From positions 75,053 through 139,052 of the forward strand of contig JBBCAW010000004.1 in the NCBI GenBank assembly GCA_051382295.1: 64,000 bases of DNA, given 5' to 3'. The translations under genes and the position numbers were made by a program. Below are positions 62,469-64,000 of the stretch, piece by piece. Each line of letters starts with the position of its first letter. Position 1 is the first letter of the stretch. This stretch comes from Bdellovibrionota bacterium FG-1. Lineage in GTDB: Bacteria > Bdellovibrionota > UBA1018. The notes under the pieces were generated by a model. It worked only from the letters and a program-made list of their open reading frames with translations. It had not been told where the DNA came from and ran no database searches.

Positions 62469-63284
62469 ATGCGTACGCTTCGTCGTGGACTGAAGTACAC
62501 CATCAACATGATTTATTCATGGGGCATCGAGGAGCGGATCATCAACGGCGTCCATCAGAGCCCGACTTTCGGTCTGGAAGTGGAACCCGATCGCGAGGAA
62601 AAACGGCCAGAAATCCTTACCGTCGTGGAGATTCGGGATCTTCTCAGAAAAGCGAAAGAGCAAAATCACCCCTGGTATCCCATTTGGGTCGGTGCGATCT
62701 TCACCGGCTGCCGAAGCGGCGAACTGCACCAACTGAAAAGAAGCGATCTCGAAGTCATCCCGCGCGAACTCGCGATCGAAGAGGATCAAAAGCCCTTCGA
62801 TAAGCGAAGGTACGGTTTCCTCCGCGTCCGGCATAGCTGGAACACGCGGCTCAAACAGGCCGGGCCGACCAAAGCCGGTTACTGGCGCAATGTTCCTGTT
62901 TCGAGCGAGTTCTACTGGTTCATGATCCACGAGCTGAGAATCGAGAACAGAAAACCAGAGGAATACCTTTTCCCGAGATTCTCAGATTGGAATAAGGGAG
63001 AGCAGGCCAGGATTCTCCGGGGGTTTTGCATCGCCAATCGTATACCATCCGTGAAATTCCACGCGCTGCGCGCCTGCTTCGCAACCTAGCTCATTTCGAC
63101 AGGGATTCCCGCGACGATAGTGATGAAGATTTGTGGGTGGCGCGACTTGAAAACCATGCAGCGGTACATCCGACTGGCCGGTATCGACGAGGCCGGAGCG
63201 ACCGAGACCCTGCGGTTTATCCCCACCGAGGAAGCGGTCATGGAGAAGGTAGTGAGCATGTATGACCACCGGAAGAAGGAATAG
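62469..63284 (+). pseudogene. Tyrosine recombinase/integrase with premature TAG and missing N-terminus
   Basis: TGCRSGEL, TK, FHALRACFAT, then TAG (63087-63089). The same frame continues LISTG...ICGWRDLKTMQRY (catalytic W and Y) to TAG 63282-63284. Confidence 0.85.
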
Positions 63285-63334
63285 GCGGATGACTCTGCAA
63301 ATAACTGAAACGACAGTGTTTGATGTTGGATGTA

Positions 63335-63378
63335 AAATACAATGTGACACGATCTCAAGCCTGTGTCACATTGTATTT
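63335..63378. promoter_or_regulatory. Perfect 16-bp inverted repeat, candidate AbiEi operator
   Basis: AAATACAATGTGACAC-N12-GTGTCACATTGTATTT abutting ATG 63379. Confidence 0.75.
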
Positions 63379-63954
63379 ATGGCAAAAAGGCCCGTATTTC
63401 CACAAAAACTCCAGAATCGCCTTTTCACCTGGGCAGAGGCCAAGCAGCTTGGTGTTTCGTGGAATGAGATTCAACGCCAGCTTAAAACGGGCGGCCTTGA
63501 ACGTATGAGCCGTGGTGTCTACCGCGCTCCGGCGGAGGATATCAACGACGAGGAGCAGTTTCGCATAGCAACGCTTCGCTTGGGTGGGGATTCAGCCGTG
63601 TGCCTTTTGTCGGCACTGGCGTTCTATGGCCTAACTGACAACATCCCGCGTGCGGTATGGCTCCTCGTGCCAGTGGAAAAGCATACGCGGTTCGCGGGCG
63701 CGCGGCTGTTCCGGAAACGAGAGCCCCGGTTCAATGTCGGCGTTGTCCGGGAGAAAGGCTATTCGATCACCTCCGTGGAGCGCACCCTTGCCGAATGCTT
63801 GATTGAGCGGAAACGAATTGGCACCAACGTCGCGGTGGAAGCCCTCCGCACCGCCATTGCGCAAAAAAAAACCACGCTCTCCAACGTCTTGGACATGGCG
63901 AACCAGTTGAGCGCCGCCGATAAGATTCGTCCCTACATTGAGGCAATGGCTTGA
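63379..63954 (+). CDS. Type IV toxin-antitoxin AbiEi-family antitoxin
   Basis: N-terminal wHTH (GGLERMSRGVYR), AVCLLSALAFYGLTD.IP, ITSVERTLAECL. The track's longer start runs through the operator and integrase. Confidence 0.8.
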   Translation: MAKRPVFPQKLQNRLFTWAEAKQLGVSWNEIQRQLKTGGLERMSRGVYRAPAEDINDEEQFRIATLRLGGDSAVCLLSALAFYGLTDNIPRAVWLLVPVEKHTRFAGARLFRKREPRFNVGVVREKGYSITSVERTLAECLIERKRIGTNVAVEALRTAIAQKKTTLSNVLDMANQLSAADKIRPYIEAMA

Positions 63955-63955
63955 C

Positions 63956-64000
63956 ATGAAACCGAAGAACGATCCTTTAAGTCTCGTGGAGCAAATCAAG
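63956..64000 (+). CDS. Start of probable AbiEii nucleotidyltransferase toxin (truncated by window)
   Basis: ATG 1 bp after the abiEi stop, open to the window end (MKPKNDPLSLVEQIK). Identity is inferred from position only. Confidence 0.4.
   Translation, partial: MKPKNDPLSLVEQIK

Larger units (their letters stand above)
61547..64000. mobile_element. Decayed integrative element remnant (boundaries approximate; extends beyond window)
   Basis: Integrase pseudogene, oriT-like site, gene fragments and type IV TA within ~2.5 kb. Confidence 0.5.

Overview
Bacterial chromosomal window of moderate GC. The many secreted and outer-membrane hypotheticals, RCC1/Kelch/Ig surface lipoproteins and sigma-54-like promoters suggest a Bdellovibrionota/Oligoflexia-like organism (inference, not verified). 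Recognisable core genes are ligA, a patatin, a HAD phosphatase, an OPA-type MFS transporter, an RhlE-like DEAD-box helicase, an RRM protein, an IMPDH/GMP-reductase family gene, and deoC with two aldehyde dehydrogenases. The most striking locus is a tightly packed ~14 kb minus-strand operon: 2-oxoacid:ferredoxin oxidoreductase alpha/beta, then an 11-subunit complex I lacking NuoEFG (nuoABCDHIJKLMN), a 2x[4Fe-4S] ferredoxin and an outer-membrane barrel. It is divergent from hemerythrin- and rubrerythrin-like genes, with RegA/RegR-like boxes between them, and is a candidate self-contained 2-oxoacid -> ferredoxin -> quinone proton-pumping module. Accessory regions hold a signal-peptide-bearing Fic enzyme with a lipoprotein partner, a 1110-aa toxin-like zincin, a matrixin/RCC1 fusion with two internal export signals, a doubly inactivated two-component system, an orphan higA preceded by a 5-codon higB scar, an unannotated 56-aa zinc-finger ORF and two copies of a REP-like palindrome. 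The right end carries a decayed integrative element (nonsense-mutated tyrosine recombinase, oriT-like site, gene remnants) next to an AbiE type IV TA locus with a perfect 16-bp operator. No rRNA, tRNA or CRISPR array was recognised. All calls come from reading motifs; no database searches were run.
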